A stretch of DNA of 64,000 bases from Candidatus Wirthbacteria bacterium (GCA_903889905.1 CAISZI010000047.1:80096-144095); one strand, 5' to 3'. Counted from the first letter of the stretch, positions 1 through 10,242 are shown. Program-made: numbers and translations. Notes: generated by a model from the sequence alone, not told the origin.

Positions 1-1
1 G

Positions 2-448
2 GACACCCGTGGGGAAGGCATTTTCTGCAGCCGCGTACTCGGTTTCAAACCTTATGCCGGCGACATTGAAATGCGCGATTTCGGCTCCATGGTTACGATG
101 ATTACAGGAAAAGCAGCAGCCTATACCATGGCCAATCTGGAAGAACGCGGCAACCTGTACATTGCACCCATGACCGAAGTTTATGAAGGCATGGTTATCG
201 GCAGCGTCACCAAAGGTACCGACATGCGTGTCAACCCGGTCAAAGGCAAACATCTAACCAATATGCGCATGTCCGTCGCCGAAGAAGCGATTCACCTGTC
301 GCCGCCACTCACCCTCAGCATCGAACGTGGCCTGGAAATCATGGCCGAAGATGAACTGCTCGAAATTACACCAAAAAGTATTCGGTTACGCAAAAAATAC
401 CTGACTGATCTGGAATTCAAAAAAGCCAAACAAGCGGGACAGATCTAA
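2..448 (+). CDS. typA: Translational GTPase TypA/BipA, C-terminal fragment (gene starts upstream of window)
   Basis: Translation (...EVYEGMVIGSVTKGTDMRVNPVKGKHLTNMRMSVAEEAIHLSPP...ITPKSIRLRKKYL) matches the conserved BipA C-terminal domain. Frame is open from base 2; stop at 446-448. Confidence 0.9.
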   Translation, partial: DTRGEGIFCSRVLGFKPYAGDIEMRDFGSMVTMITGKAAAYTMANLEERGNLYIAPMTEVYEGMVIGSVTKGTDMRVNPVKGKHLTNMRMSVAEEAIHLSPPLTLSIERGLEIMAEDELLEITPKSIRLRKKYLTDLEFKKAKQAGQI

Positions 449-464
449 ATTCTCCGATCGTATT

Positions 465-500
465 CCCCTAGGGGCGGGTTCATGAACCGCCCTTTTTTGT
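465..500. terminator. GC-rich palindrome followed by a T6 run; likely bidirectional intrinsic terminator between convergent typA and hydrolase genes
   Basis: CCCCTAGGGG overlapping GGGGCGGGTTCATGAACCGCCC (471-492), then TTTTTTGT. It sits between two convergent stop codons. Confidence 0.6.
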
Positions 501-1151
501 GTTCTCCAAAAACTCCCCAATCGCCGTCACTGTCGCGTCATCATGCAAAATCCGCGTATGCCCATTGACTGCCACCTCGACATTCTTTGCCCCCGCCAGT
601 ATCAGGCTCGATTTGGGAATGATGTGATTGTCGAAACGCGGATACAGGTTCAAAAACAGATGATTTAACCCGCTCGCCTGGTTGAGTTCACTTAAGAGAG
701 CACTACCGGGGACCAGTTCCCGCTGCTTTGGCCCCAGCCACTTTGCCCGATGGGAGCCACCGAACGGTGCCGAGATCGACACCACTTTGTCCACCTTGGC
801 GGCAAACAGCGGATACTTGAACAAGGCGTATTTGATGATCAGGCAACCTTTGCTGTGCCCAAGCAAAATGACCGGACCAGCTACACTCTGCAGACGCACG
901 ACCAGTTCATCGGCGAGCTGCGCCACGGGTTCCGTTCCCACTTGTTGCAGGCCAATAACAATGTGGAATCCCATCCGATGCAACGCATTGCCAATTCTGC
1001 CCAAAAACCAAAACGACTCATGCAGCCCTGGCACCAGCACAATCGTCTCGCGGGTATCTGTGTTCCAAGCAAACGGCGGTCGGCGCTGCCAGAGCGCAGC
1101 GATTTTGAGCCAGAGGATTAACCCATATTCCTTTACCATGTCAACCAGCAA
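480..1151 (-). CDS. alpha/beta-hydrolase fold protein (lipase/esterase-like)
   Basis: GHSKG nucleophile-elbow motif (GxSxG); overall alpha/beta hydrolase-like composition; 223-aa ORF. Confidence 0.6.
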   Translation of the reverse strand: MLVDMVKEYGLILWLKIAALWQRRPPFAWNTDTRETIVLVPGLHESFWFLGRIGNALHRMGFHIVIGLQQVGTEPVAQLADELVVRLQSVAGPVILLGHSKGCLIIKYALFKYPLFAAKVDKVVSISAPFGGSHRAKWLGPKQRELVPGSALLSELNQASGLNHLFLNLYPRFDNHIIPKSSLILAGAKNVEVAVNGHTRILHDDATVTAIGEFLENTKKGGS

Positions 1152-1260
1152 CAGTTCCTCCCCATGTCAAAAAAAGTTAGTTGTCGATTAGATTGTAGCG
1201 ACTTTATTTCCATAAGCAAAGCGTGATAAACTCAACTTAAAAGTATCTTAGTTGACTTGT

Positions 1261-1288
1261 TTGTTTATTGCTTCGGCTTTCGTATAAT
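1261..1288 (+). promoter_or_regulatory. putative sigma70-like promoter for the nitroreductase gene
   Basis: TTGTTT (1261-1266), 16-nt spacer, TATAAT (1283-1288), about 35 nt upstream of the ATG at 1322. Confidence 0.3.
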
Positions 1289-1321
1289 CAATGCCAGTGG
1301 TCTATTAAATAAAGACAACCC

Positions 1322-1870
1322 ATGGTCCAAAACGAAGTGCTGCATGCGATCGAAACCCGACGTTCCGTCCGTGATTTCCAGGATCGTCCCGTGGAAGCAG
1401 AAATCATTCAACAACTGCTGCACGCTGCGGTCATGGCACCTTCGGCACGCAACGTCCAGCCCTGGCATTTTTCGCTTGTCCAGGGACGTGAAAACATCCA
1501 GATTTTTGGCGAAATGGCCTATGCTGACCAACATTTTTTGACCAAGGTCGGGTTTAAAATCGCCTCTGTCAAAAATATTTTTTATAATGCGCCGCTGCTG
1601 ATCGCCATTTCCGGTCCGCGTTCCCATCGCTGGCTCCGCGACGATGCCAATCTGGCTGCAGAAAATATTTTACTCGCTGCACACAGTCTCGGGTTAGGTA
1701 GTTGCTGGATCGGTTATGCCGAAGGTTTGAATCACAACGCCCAGGCCAAAGACAAACTCCAGGTCCCACCGGACTTTGATCTGGTCATTTTTCTGATTCT
1801 GGGTTACCCCAGCCAGCCGCTGTCGCCACCGCCGACGCGTACCCCAAAAATATTGAAATGGATCAAATAG
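1322..1870 (+). CDS. nitroreductase family protein
   Basis: N-terminal RRSVRDF and core motifs APSARNVQPW...SCWIG are typical of the NADH oxidase/flavin nitroreductase fold. Confidence 0.8.
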   Translation: MVQNEVLHAIETRRSVRDFQDRPVEAEIIQQLLHAAVMAPSARNVQPWHFSLVQGRENIQIFGEMAYADQHFLTKVGFKIASVKNIFYNAPLLIAISGPRSHRWLRDDANLAAENILLAAHSLGLGSCWIGYAEGLNHNAQAKDKLQVPPDFDLVIFLILGYPSQPLSPPPTRTPKILKWIK

Positions 1871-1956
1871 TAAACGGAAGCAGATAGCCAGCACTACCTT
1901 TTCCTCATCGGTTTCTGCTAATATCTGGCTGACTCATTCATCAGTATAGGATTACC

Positions 1957-2685
1957 ATGCGCAAATTCCTGCTCGGCGCTTTGATCACGCTCGGATCCAT
2001 CTTGGTCGTTGCCTTGCTGGTCCTGGGTTATCTGGGCTTCATTCCGGGACTTTCCAGTGTGTTTGGTGCTGACAAACCCAGAAATCTGGGCGTTACCTAC
2101 ACCGCCGCGGATTATGACAGCGCCCACCGCAAAAGTGGCATACAGCTAAGTAGCCTGCCTGATACCGGCAAGAGCGAAGGGAGCATTGTCATGACCGGGA
2201 AACAGCCTTTGACCAGTACCTTTAGCTCCGCCGAAATCACCGCCGCGGCCAATGAACGCAAGTGGAAATATTGGCCAATCAGCAAAGTGCAGGTCAAATT
2301 CAACAGTGACGGCAGCATGGAATCCTCAGGTGTCCTCAATATCGGCAAACTGGTTAGCTACGCACAGGCTCTGGGCCTGGCACAGGCAGACATCAAACAG
2401 GCCTTGGACGCGCTCAAAAGCATTCCCACCAATCCCGCCTTTTATGTCAAACTCAAAACTACCGTGACCGACAACAAGGTCAGCATGGATGTGCAGCAGG
2501 CCGAACTGGGCCGACTGTCTCTGACACCAGACATTATCAAAAACGCCCAAGGCAAAGTCATCGATGCCTTTAACGCTTACCTTGCCTCAAGCCCCAACAT
2601 CAGCATCAAATCGCTTTCCTTTGCCGATGGCAAAGTTAATTTCGATGGGACTCTGCCCGCTGCGGAAGCCACAGTGAACCGTTAA
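1957..2685 (+). CDS. membrane-anchored hypothetical protein (single N-terminal TM)
   Basis: Hydrophobic N-terminus LLGALITLGSILVVALLVLGYLGFI followed by a hydrophilic domain; clean ORF with a plausible start. Confidence 0.55.
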   Translation: MRKFLLGALITLGSILVVALLVLGYLGFIPGLSSVFGADKPRNLGVTYTAADYDSAHRKSGIQLSSLPDTGKSEGSIVMTGKQPLTSTFSSAEITAAANERKWKYWPISKVQVKFNSDGSMESSGVLNIGKLVSYAQALGLAQADIKQALDALKSIPTNPAFYVKLKTTVTDNKVSMDVQQAELGRLSLTPDIIKNAQGKVIDAFNAYLASSPNISIKSLSFADGKVNFDGTLPAAEATVNR

Positions 2686-2728
2686 AATGGTATAATAAGA
2701 TTGTCCTCTTCCCACCCAAAACAAAAAA

Positions 2729-3574
2729 ATGCCAAAACCTCACAAAAAAATATTGCTGACGATTATCCCGATAGTCTGGGGAATATTTTTTGTGCCCCTC
2801 GTGGTGCAGAATTTTACCCGGCATGGCGCCATCAGCTACTATCCAACCGTGTCCACCACATTGCAACCGGAACTCGGGGACCACTGGTATGCCTTGAGCA
2901 AGGACGGCAAATCCATTGGTTATATCTTTAACCACCTGGATCTCACCGATAGCGAAAGTACGACGCCGTATTTCAGCAGCGAAGAAAGTTATGTGCAAAC
3001 CGCCATTGCCGGGACGACGATTGACTTGATGATCCTGGAACAAAGCCAGCTTAACCGGAATTTGAGCCCTGCCACCCTGTCTGGAGTAATCGACATCGGC
3101 GATCTCAAGCTGGACATGGTCATGACCAAAACCAATAACGATTACAAACTAACCCTGACCGGACTGGGCGAGACCATCAACAAATCCTGGAGCAGTCTCT
3201 CCACCACCTACACACCGCTCAGCATGTACCTGCAACTCACAGCCACCAAAGCCAAACCACACCAGTCCGGCGCTTTCCCGACGCTGAATGCACTCACTCA
3301 GACTCCTGGTGTGACCATTGCCACATTTGTTGGAACAGAAACACTATCCCAAGGCGAACGACAAATCAAAACCAATCACTTCGCCATCACGAGCCAGGGA
3401 CTGACCTCGCAGGTCTGGCTGGATGAACATGGCACTCTGATCCGCGAGGCAAACAGTGGCTACACATCAGAACTGGTCGATGCCAAAGCGGTCCGCGCCA
3501 TGTATCTGAACCAACATCTCAAACAAAATCAACCGATCCCGACGCCGCTCTCGGCACCACTTAATAACCATTAA
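2729..3574 (+). CDS. membrane-anchored hypothetical protein
   Basis: N-terminal TM (ILLTIIPIVWGIFFVPLVV) then a Thr/Ser-rich soluble domain; positioned immediately upstream of an ABC ATPase. Confidence 0.5.
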   Translation: MPKPHKKILLTIIPIVWGIFFVPLVVQNFTRHGAISYYPTVSTTLQPELGDHWYALSKDGKSIGYIFNHLDLTDSESTTPYFSSEESYVQTAIAGTTIDLMILEQSQLNRNLSPATLSGVIDIGDLKLDMVMTKTNNDYKLTLTGLGETINKSWSSLSTTYTPLSMYLQLTATKAKPHQSGAFPTLNALTQTPGVTIATFVGTETLSQGERQIKTNHFAITSQGLTSQVWLDEHGTLIREANSGYTSELVDAKAVRAMYLNQHLKQNQPIPTPLSAPLNNH

Positions 3575-3585
3575 AAACAAAAAAC

Positions 3586-4335
3586 ATGCTGGAAATCAAC
3601 CACCTGAGTAAACGTTTTGGCAAACTGGAAGCCGTGAATGATGTCCATCTGGATGTCAAAGACGGTGAAATTTTTGGCTTCCTGGGCCCCAATGGCGCTG
3701 GCAAAACGACCACCATCAAATGCATTGCCGGTCTGCAGCATCCCAGCGCCGGCTTCATCCGCATCAATGGCCACGACGTGCACCACGACCCACTGCAGGC
3801 CAAAGCGGCGCTCTCATACATTCCCGACGAACCCTATTTGTACGAAAAATTAAGTGGCCGTGAATACCTGGAACTCGTCGGCCAGCTCCACCTGATGCAA
3901 CACGAGGATATCCAGACGCGCATTGACGAACTTCTCAAATTGTTTGGCATCGAAGAATACCAGGCCGAGCTGACCGAAGGCTATTCGCACGGCACTCGCC
4001 AGAAATTCGTCTTTACCGCTGCGCTGCTGCCACGGCCGGAACTGCTCCTGGTCGACGAACCGCTGGTGGGACTTGACCCCCAGAATGCCCATCTGGTCAA
4101 AGAACTGCTTCGACTCATTGCCCGCGACCACCATGTCACCATTTTCATGTCCACACATACACTTTCTCTGGCGCAGGAAATCTGCGACCGCATCGGTATC
4201 ATCCATCGTGGCCGCCTGGTCGCCCTCGGTACGTTAGCTGACTTGCAGCAACAGGCTTCCACCGTCAACCAGAATCTCGAAACCATGTACCTCAAACTAA
4301 CCGGTGAATCCGCCCATGTCCAACTCTCCTGGTAA
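3586..4335 (+). CDS. ABC transporter ATP-binding protein
   Basis: Walker A GPNGAGKTT, signature YSHGTRQK, Walker B LLLVDEP, plus H-loop. Confidence 0.9.
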   Translation: MLEINHLSKRFGKLEAVNDVHLDVKDGEIFGFLGPNGAGKTTTIKCIAGLQHPSAGFIRINGHDVHHDPLQAKAALSYIPDEPYLYEKLSGREYLELVGQLHLMQHEDIQTRIDELLKLFGIEEYQAELTEGYSHGTRQKFVFTAALLPRPELLLVDEPLVGLDPQNAHLVKELLRLIARDHHVTIFMSTHTLSLAQEICDRIGIIHRGRLVALGTLADLQQQASTVNQNLETMYLKLTGESAHVQLSW

Positions 4336-6022
4336 TTTCGATACTTACCTCCGCTTCCCTTTGAAGTTGCTGGGTCTGCGCTTCAAGTCAATTCCACGCG
4401 GGTTCAAAACGCTTGGCATTGGGCGGCAGGTGTTATTTGTCCCATTTGCCTTTGTTGCTCTGGGATTTGTGGCACTGCTTTATATCATCACGCGGCAGGT
4501 GGTGGTTTTTACTCTCGCGCAAGGCGACGCGGGAACGTCTATTTTGATGAATGGATTGGCAACGGTGATGTCCAGCCTGTTTTTCCTGCTTTTGGTCAGT
4601 ACGTTGATCACCGCGACAACCACCCTGTTTCGAAGCCGAGAAACCATCTGGCTGTTTGGTCAGCCGATCAAACCGATCACAATCTACATTTACAAAGCCA
4701 TGGAAACGTCGCTCTACAGCGCCTGGATCATGTTTGTGCTGGCTATTCCCATCCTCGCTGGACTGGTCATAGGCGTAGGCGCCGGAACGCTGAGTGTGCT
4801 GTGGATGGTTTTGCTCGCATTATTGTTGTTTGCCATCAGTTGTGTGCTGGGCTTATTGCTCGCGTTTGTGCTGGTATGGGCGCTCCCTTGGATTCAGCGC
4901 TACGCCCTGGTGCTGCTCACGGTAGTGTTGGGTATTGGCATCTATTCTTTCCTGCAATCCCGCAACAGCACTTCCACCAATTTACTTCCTGACCTCAACA
5001 GTTTCAGCGCCGTGGAACAATATGTAAACGGCCTGCAAACCTCCTCGCCACTCATGCCCGGCAGCTGGTTTTCGCTGGCCTTCTGGAATTTTGTCCACGG
5101 CAATTTATCCCAAGCCCTGTATTGGGCAGCGCTCATGCTGACCAGCCTGCTCATGGGCATTGAAGTGGTACTGCTGGTTGCAAAAAGCTGGTATATGCGC
5201 CTGTGGTGGTATGCCTGGGGCAATGGCTTTGCCACCAAAAAACGTAAACTCGCCCACATGCTGCACTCACCCGTATTCCCACGCATGGTAACGTTGCTCG
5301 AAAAAGACGCCAAAACATTTGTGCGCGACACCCGCCAGTGGTTACAGAGCCTGTCGCTCCTGGGGCTGCTCTCGGTCTTTGTCCTGCTGCTTAGGCAAGT
5401 GCCCTCGCATTTCAAAGTCATGCAGGCGATGTTTGCCACCATGGTAGCCTATTTGTCATTTGCCACAGTTGGCTATTTTTTTACCACCTTTGCCCTGCGC
5501 TACGTATTCCCAGCCATGAGCCTCGAGGGCCGTTCATTCTGGTCGTTGCTGACGTTACCCATGCGCCGGTCAAAAGTATTGCTGCTCAAGCTGATCCCAC
5601 TGCTTGTGGCCATGCTGGTCGTGGCTTTATTGGGCACAGTATTCATCAACTCGCTGCTCGGGTTACCGCAGGAAATCGCTAAGCTGTCGCTGATCGCAAC
5701 CCTCGGTGTCGTGCTCGTGATCGTTTTCCTCACCTTTGGCGTGGGCACGATTTGGATCAACCTCAAGGAAAACGACCCGGCCAAACTCTCCAGCAGCCTG
5801 CCGGCGATCGTTTGTACCATGGTTGTTTTTGGCTATCTCACCCTGATGGTCGTGGCACTCGCAGTGCCGTTTGACCAGTATTTCAAATCGATTTTCGGCA
5901 GCGGCACCTTTGACCAGAGCCTTGCGAACGCTATTTTGACCGGCATCGTTGGCAGCGCGCTTATCCTCAGCGGAACGCTGTGGCTGCTCACGGCAAAACT
6001 ATTTGAGGGGAAGGATTTCTAG
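4304..6022 (+). CDS. polytopic ABC-transporter-associated permease (572 aa, >=10 predicted TM helices)
   Basis: Overlaps the ATPase stop by 32 nt (translational coupling); repeated hydrophobic helices throughout. Confidence 0.65.
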   Translation: MNPPMSNSPGNFDTYLRFPLKLLGLRFKSIPRGFKTLGIGRQVLFVPFAFVALGFVALLYIITRQVVVFTLAQGDAGTSILMNGLATVMSSLFFLLLVSTLITATTTLFRSRETIWLFGQPIKPITIYIYKAMETSLYSAWIMFVLAIPILAGLVIGVGAGTLSVLWMVLLALLLFAISCVLGLLLAFVLVWALPWIQRYALVLLTVVLGIGIYSFLQSRNSTSTNLLPDLNSFSAVEQYVNGLQTSSPLMPGSWFSLAFWNFVHGNLSQALYWAALMLTSLLMGIEVVLLVAKSWYMRLWWYAWGNGFATKKRKLAHMLHSPVFPRMVTLLEKDAKTFVRDTRQWLQSLSLLGLLSVFVLLLRQVPSHFKVMQAMFATMVAYLSFATVGYFFTTFALRYVFPAMSLEGRSFWSLLTLPMRRSKVLLLKLIPLLVAMLVVALLGTVFINSLLGLPQEIAKLSLIATLGVVLVIVFLTFGVGTIWINLKENDPAKLSSSLPAIVCTMVVFGYLTLMVVALAVPFDQYFKSIFGSGTFDQSLANAILTGIVGSALILSGTLWLLTAKLFEGKDF

Positions 6023-6677
6023 GGCTATCGGTAAATTCACTTATGCGCTCAGACAAATCCCTCAGAAAAACATCGGGTACTAAATGATATTGACTCAAAA
6101 CAAAAAAATACTCTTTAACAATGATTAAATGCGCCAGCTGGATATGCCCATTAATAATTGCCTCTCTTTTAATTTTCTCGTTGCCCAATTCCATAATTTT
6201 GAAGATCTGCCGATACATTTCAGGGCTGACACCCGCAACTAATTGCTCCCATGATTGCTGAACTTTGTGGGTATCACTACCTTCAATCACTGCTGATGGT
6301 AACTCACCGGACTGTTGGCCTAGCTGGACATGATGAAACAAAGCGACTAATTTACTCAGGGCGCAAAATTGCTCAAGCTTGTCGCTGGGATAATATTTGC
6401 TGTCAACTAACGCCTTGAGATAATTCTCGATCAAGACAAAATCGTGATCACTCACGTCCCCCAACCCATGTAAGGCATGATTGGCTGTGGTGATGTCTCC
6501 CGCTTGTAACAACAGTTTGACATGATCATGGTTGACGGACTGCCCTTTTTCAAAGGTTTGATTGTATTTAGTAACTCCAACTGTTTGTACCATTTCAAGC
6601 CAGGCGCTTTCTATGGTTTCTCTTGCTTGATCCAAAATTGGCATGCGCGTCGCTTGCTCAGAAAGATCATCCGCCAT
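5988..6677 (-). CDS. hypothetical protein with His/Asp-rich (HD-like) motifs
   Basis: 229-aa ORF convergent with the permease, with 3' ends overlapping by 35 nt. Motifs VNHDHVKLL, HALHGLGD and DHDF suggest a metal-dependent hydrolase, but the assignment is uncertain. Confidence 0.4.
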   Translation of the reverse strand: MADDLSEQATRMPILDQARETIESAWLEMVQTVGVTKYNQTFEKGQSVNHDHVKLLLQAGDITTANHALHGLGDVSDHDFVLIENYLKALVDSKYYPSDKLEQFCALSKLVALFHHVQLGQQSGELPSAVIEGSDTHKVQQSWEQLVAGVSPEMYRQIFKIMELGNEKIKREAIINGHIQLAHLIIVKEYFFVLSQYHLVPDVFLRDLSERISEFTDSPRNPSPQIVLP

Positions 6678-6711
6678 AAATAAACAACATTTAATAGACT
6701 AAGGACAATAA

Positions 6712-7791
6712 TTATATCACCTTTTTCGGACTGGCCAAGCCAAGTCCCCTATCCAACACGGCAGCAATCATCCCCCCCGCCAGCACCGCCACAAAAGGAT
6801 AAACCGGTAGCAGGTACCACGCCAGCTTGGTCCCGGCCAGTGAAATAATGACGAACGTGCCCAATGTCATTCCCAATAGTACAAACTCCTCAAACCGTCT
6901 GCGTTTGACCCAACGCCACGCGCCAAACGCCAGCGCCGCGACAAACAACCCAATACCGGGAAAAAATTCCGGTTTCATCAGCAACCCCAAATAATACCAC
7001 CCCCCCTCGCGATGGCCCTCTAGCGCCCCACCAAGCCTGGCCAAAAGATGATAACCCAGATACTCGTTCCAAAAGCGGCCGCCATAAAAGATTGTCATCA
7101 ATAAATGCCACGGCAAGACCATGAACCCAAAAAGCCCAAAGGCGGTCAAAACTGACTTGCTGGTGAATTTTATACGTTGGCCCAAAACCCAAACAGCAAA
7201 CAAAAGTGTTGGCAGAAATGCGAGCGGCCCCTTTGTCATAAACGCCAATCCAGTAAGCAGCGCGCCCAGATAAAGCCAGCGCTGTGACTGCAAGGCTTTG
7301 GTCAGGGCAAAAACAGTCAGTGTCATGAGCAGCATTTGCAAGGCATCACTGTCTGCTGACCGTAAGTTGTGTGTGGCAAAAACATTGGCTGGATTGTATT
7401 GCCAGAGTTGGCCGATGCTCAGCATGACAAGTCCCGCAACCGATCCCGAAAGTGGCGAATACCACGCCCGCGCCATGCCGTAAACCAGCAGGACAAGCAA
7501 GAATCCCGCCACGGCAGTTACCAGACGGAGGCTGAAAATTGAGTTGCCAAAAAAGGAAACACTCACCAGTCCGGCGTCATACCACAGTGGCGGCTTTTCC
7601 CAAAACGGCCCATCGTTCAACTTCAAAATCCACGGCGACGAACTCTGCAGCGTTTCCGTAACAACCTGCAAGTTCGTGCCTTCGTCCCATCGTTCCACCG
7701 GATGAAAGCTTAGTCCCCAAAAACACTGGACCGCCGCCATCACCACGAGCGCACCAAATAACAATCTGTGAATATTTTTGGTTGACGACAT
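6712..7791 (-). CDS. GT-C fold glycosyltransferase, family 39/83 (ArnT/PMT-like)
   Basis: Polytopic membrane protein with N-proximal RWDEG...FWEKPPL loop motifs characteristic of ArnT/PMT_2 lipid-linked sugar transferases. Confidence 0.7.
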   Translation of the reverse strand: MSSTKNIHRLLFGALVVMAAVQCFWGLSFHPVERWDEGTNLQVVTETLQSSSPWILKLNDGPFWEKPPLWYDAGLVSVSFFGNSIFSLRLVTAVAGFLLVLLVYGMARAWYSPLSGSVAGLVMLSIGQLWQYNPANVFATHNLRSADSDALQMLLMTLTVFALTKALQSQRWLYLGALLTGLAFMTKGPLAFLPTLLFAVWVLGQRIKFTSKSVLTAFGLFGFMVLPWHLLMTIFYGGRFWNEYLGYHLLARLGGALEGHREGGWYYLGLLMKPEFFPGIGLFVAALAFGAWRWVKRRRFEEFVLLGMTLGTFVIISLAGTKLAWYLLPVYPFVAVLAGGMIAAVLDRGLGLASPKKVI

Positions 7792-7806
7792 TGCATTTCA
7801 TCGTAG

Positions 7807-7863
7807 GGGCGATTCACGAATCGCCCTCCTAATCAAGACAGTGGGCGGTTCGTGAACCGCCCC
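7807..7863. repeat. two adjacent 20-bp GC palindromes of the GGGCGnTTCryGAAnCGCCC family
   Basis: GGGCGATTCACGAATCGCCC (7807-7826) and GGGCGGTTCGTGAACCGCCC (about 7843-7863); same family as 471-492; located between two same-strand genes. Confidence 0.55.
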
Positions 7864-7872
7864 TACAAACAA

Positions 7873-10092
7873 TTAATACACCACCATCGCCACCCCAAAC
7901 CAGCTCCACATGCTCTTGAACTGGGCGGGAGACAAGGTGCGGTAACCCAGCCACGGATCATTGACATATATTTTCGTTGGGTTGGTGGGAGTGCCATCGT
8001 AGCCGGTCACCACCACGCTGTGCATACCACTCACACCGAGCACGGACACCCCATCCTTCGCGGTCCAGTTCATGGGCGTGGGTGTCGAAAAACCATTCTG
8101 GCCCCAGGTTTCAACCGGATTGCCATTTTGCACTTCGGTCAGCAGTGCTGTGAGGTCGGTTCCGGTGATCATTTTGGTCGACCGCAAACTGCCGACATAA
8201 GTCGAAATCGGCTCCCAATATGTCCCGTAACCATTAACAAAACCTTTGTGAGGATCCCCGTTGTTGCCTGAACCCGCGTTGTAAGTGCCGGCATCTCCCA
8301 CACCCGCACGTATTTGAGCATTGGAGACATAGACGCCATGATAAGCGAGCAACATTCGTGCTGCCACCAAATTACAATACCAGGCTCCATCGCCGCTGTG
8401 ATCCTGCAGGTAAAGTGGCACACTTAATTTGACCGAGGGCGGCAGTGTCGTGAAACTCGATTGAAAGGCAGTGGTCATGGGTAAGCCATAGGTACTTATC
8501 ACTCCGGCTGCCAACTGATATGTGTAAGTGGTCAGAAAACTCAAATTGGTTGAAGGACTAAACGTCATCGTGTTTCCGTTCCAGCCAAAATTTCCAGCCA
8601 CCGCGGGTGTCAGGCTAAAACTTCCTTGGGCAGATGCATGCTCCATGGGCTGGTCAAACGTGATGACAAGATTGGGTTGCAATCCCACATTACTCACGCC
8701 GCTGGCTGGATTCTGGCCAACAATTTTCGCGGCGCCAATCGTTGTAAACAGATAATCCACTTCCGCCTCAAGTCGGCCGCCGTGACTGTTTTTGGCGCCT
8801 GACGCAATCGCCAGTTTGTAGTCGGTCGCCTTCTGCCAGGCTTGCGGGGTAAAGGTCAACGTTTTGCCATCAGCCTGCCATTGCCAGGTGCCCTGCGTGG
8901 CCGGGGTAAGGGAGATAGCGGACGTCACACTGGTCTGATCCATGGCATCGTCAAAGACGATCGCAAGTCCGTGATCCGCGTGGATATTATTCCCCTGCGG
9001 CGCAAAGGACTGAATGAACGGGGCCCTTACCGTCGTGAAGTGAACTTCGCTGATCATCGCCGGATCGGTCTGGCTGATGGTTTGGCCGGTGGCGATATCA
9101 TAAATAACATCGGAACGCAAAAGTTTGACATCGTAGACAGTCCCCTGGCTCAGCGGTTTGGCAAATTTCAGTATCAGCGCCAGCGCGTTGGTTGGTTCCA
9201 GGCTGAAGTCGACAGGAGGAACTACCTGCGCCTGCCACGCCACCTGTTTGCCATCTTCGGACGACAGGTTAAAAATCAAACTGGCATTGGTGAGTACATT
9301 GTTGGCATTGTCAGGGAGCGAGGTACTGGCCACGGCAGGAACCGGTACAGCCTTAAAATTCAATTCGAATTCGTTGCCTGGTTTGGGATAAACCGGGTTG
9401 GCAATGTAAGCAAGATAAGACATTACCGACCCGCCCGGCGACAGCGTCTGTTCCGGATAAAATTTCACTTTACGGGCAAGGGGCAGCCAGGAAACGTATT
9501 TTTCATACACGACTTTGCCTGGCAAATCTGGTGCAAAGTTCAAGGCCAGTTTGGAGGTGTCGATCGGTACGTTAAATTCGTAGGTAATGGGCTGGTCGTA
9601 GGATTTGAGTGCGGCACCTTCACGAGGATAAGTCGCGATGATCCCAGGCTTGGGCAATAACAACAAATTATATTCCCAGCCACAGACACCAATCACTGCC
9701 AGATTCAGTGCCAGCAGCCAGTGTTTCCATAATCTGGCAAACAGCGTGGGTTTACTTTTGGCCGGAACTCGCGTGGCGGATGCAACCACGGGTGATTTTA
9801 ATTTGCGGGGTTTTGCTTTAATTTTGCTGGCGTGGAAAGGTTCCACTACCATTTGGGCTTCACTTTCAAACAACTCTTTTTGCCGCGTGCGCTTATGCGG
9901 CGGTGGTGTTTTGACATACAGTGATGATTTTTCCAGGTACTGCTTCCGCCCGCCTTCCTGTTTGTGCTCGGGTCCAGCCGCTTCACCCTCATGGCTGGCA
10001 TCACCGAGCTTTTTTTTCACTCTGTCTGACAGCACCAGCGACAGATGTTGCCTGGGCTTATGCCTGTGTTTGGAAAGTATTTTTTTAGACAT
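7873..10092 (-). CDS. membrane protein with Lys-rich N-terminus, TM helix, Ig-like beta-sandwich region and C-terminal C39-like (papain-fold) peptidase domain
   Basis: C-terminus GDGAWYCNLVAARMLLAYHG...GMHSVVVTGYDG carries the Cys/His arrangement of the Peptidase_C39-like family. A TM helix sits near residue 130 (WLLALNLAVIGVCGW). Confidence 0.6.
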   Translation of the reverse strand: MSKKILSKHRHKPRQHLSLVLSDRVKKKLGDASHEGEAAGPEHKQEGGRKQYLEKSSLYVKTPPPHKRTRQKELFESEAQMVVEPFHASKIKAKPRKLKSPVVASATRVPAKSKPTLFARLWKHWLLALNLAVIGVCGWEYNLLLLPKPGIIATYPREGAALKSYDQPITYEFNVPIDTSKLALNFAPDLPGKVVYEKYVSWLPLARKVKFYPEQTLSPGGSVMSYLAYIANPVYPKPGNEFELNFKAVPVPAVASTSLPDNANNVLTNASLIFNLSSEDGKQVAWQAQVVPPVDFSLEPTNALALILKFAKPLSQGTVYDVKLLRSDVIYDIATGQTISQTDPAMISEVHFTTVRAPFIQSFAPQGNNIHADHGLAIVFDDAMDQTSVTSAISLTPATQGTWQWQADGKTLTFTPQAWQKATDYKLAIASGAKNSHGGRLEAEVDYLFTTIGAAKIVGQNPASGVSNVGLQPNLVITFDQPMEHASAQGSFSLTPAVAGNFGWNGNTMTFSPSTNLSFLTTYTYQLAAGVISTYGLPMTTAFQSSFTTLPPSVKLSVPLYLQDHSGDGAWYCNLVAARMLLAYHGVYVSNAQIRAGVGDAGTYNAGSGNNGDPHKGFVNGYGTYWEPISTYVGSLRSTKMITGTDLTALLTEVQNGNPVETWGQNGFSTPTPMNWTAKDGVSVLGVSGMHSVVVTGYDGTPTNPTKIYVNDPWLGYRTLSPAQFKSMWSWFGVAMVVY

Positions 10093-10242
10093 GTTGATCT
10101 CCTGCCGTTTGCTTTTCAGTTTTTTTAATCTGACGGCGTCGATGTACTGTCCTGCCGGTGCGCAGCAACAGGATCAACAAGTCAAAAGCAAGCAGGCATG
10201 CGAGCACCGCCGCCCAGAACAAAAACTTTTGCTCAAATGTCG

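Noticed and set aside
8842-9660. 272-aa plus-strand ORF (and several others) inside the 739-aa minus-strand gene
   Set aside because: Antisense shadow ORF with Arg/Gly-rich low-complexity translation, no RBS, fully nested in a gene with clear domain content.
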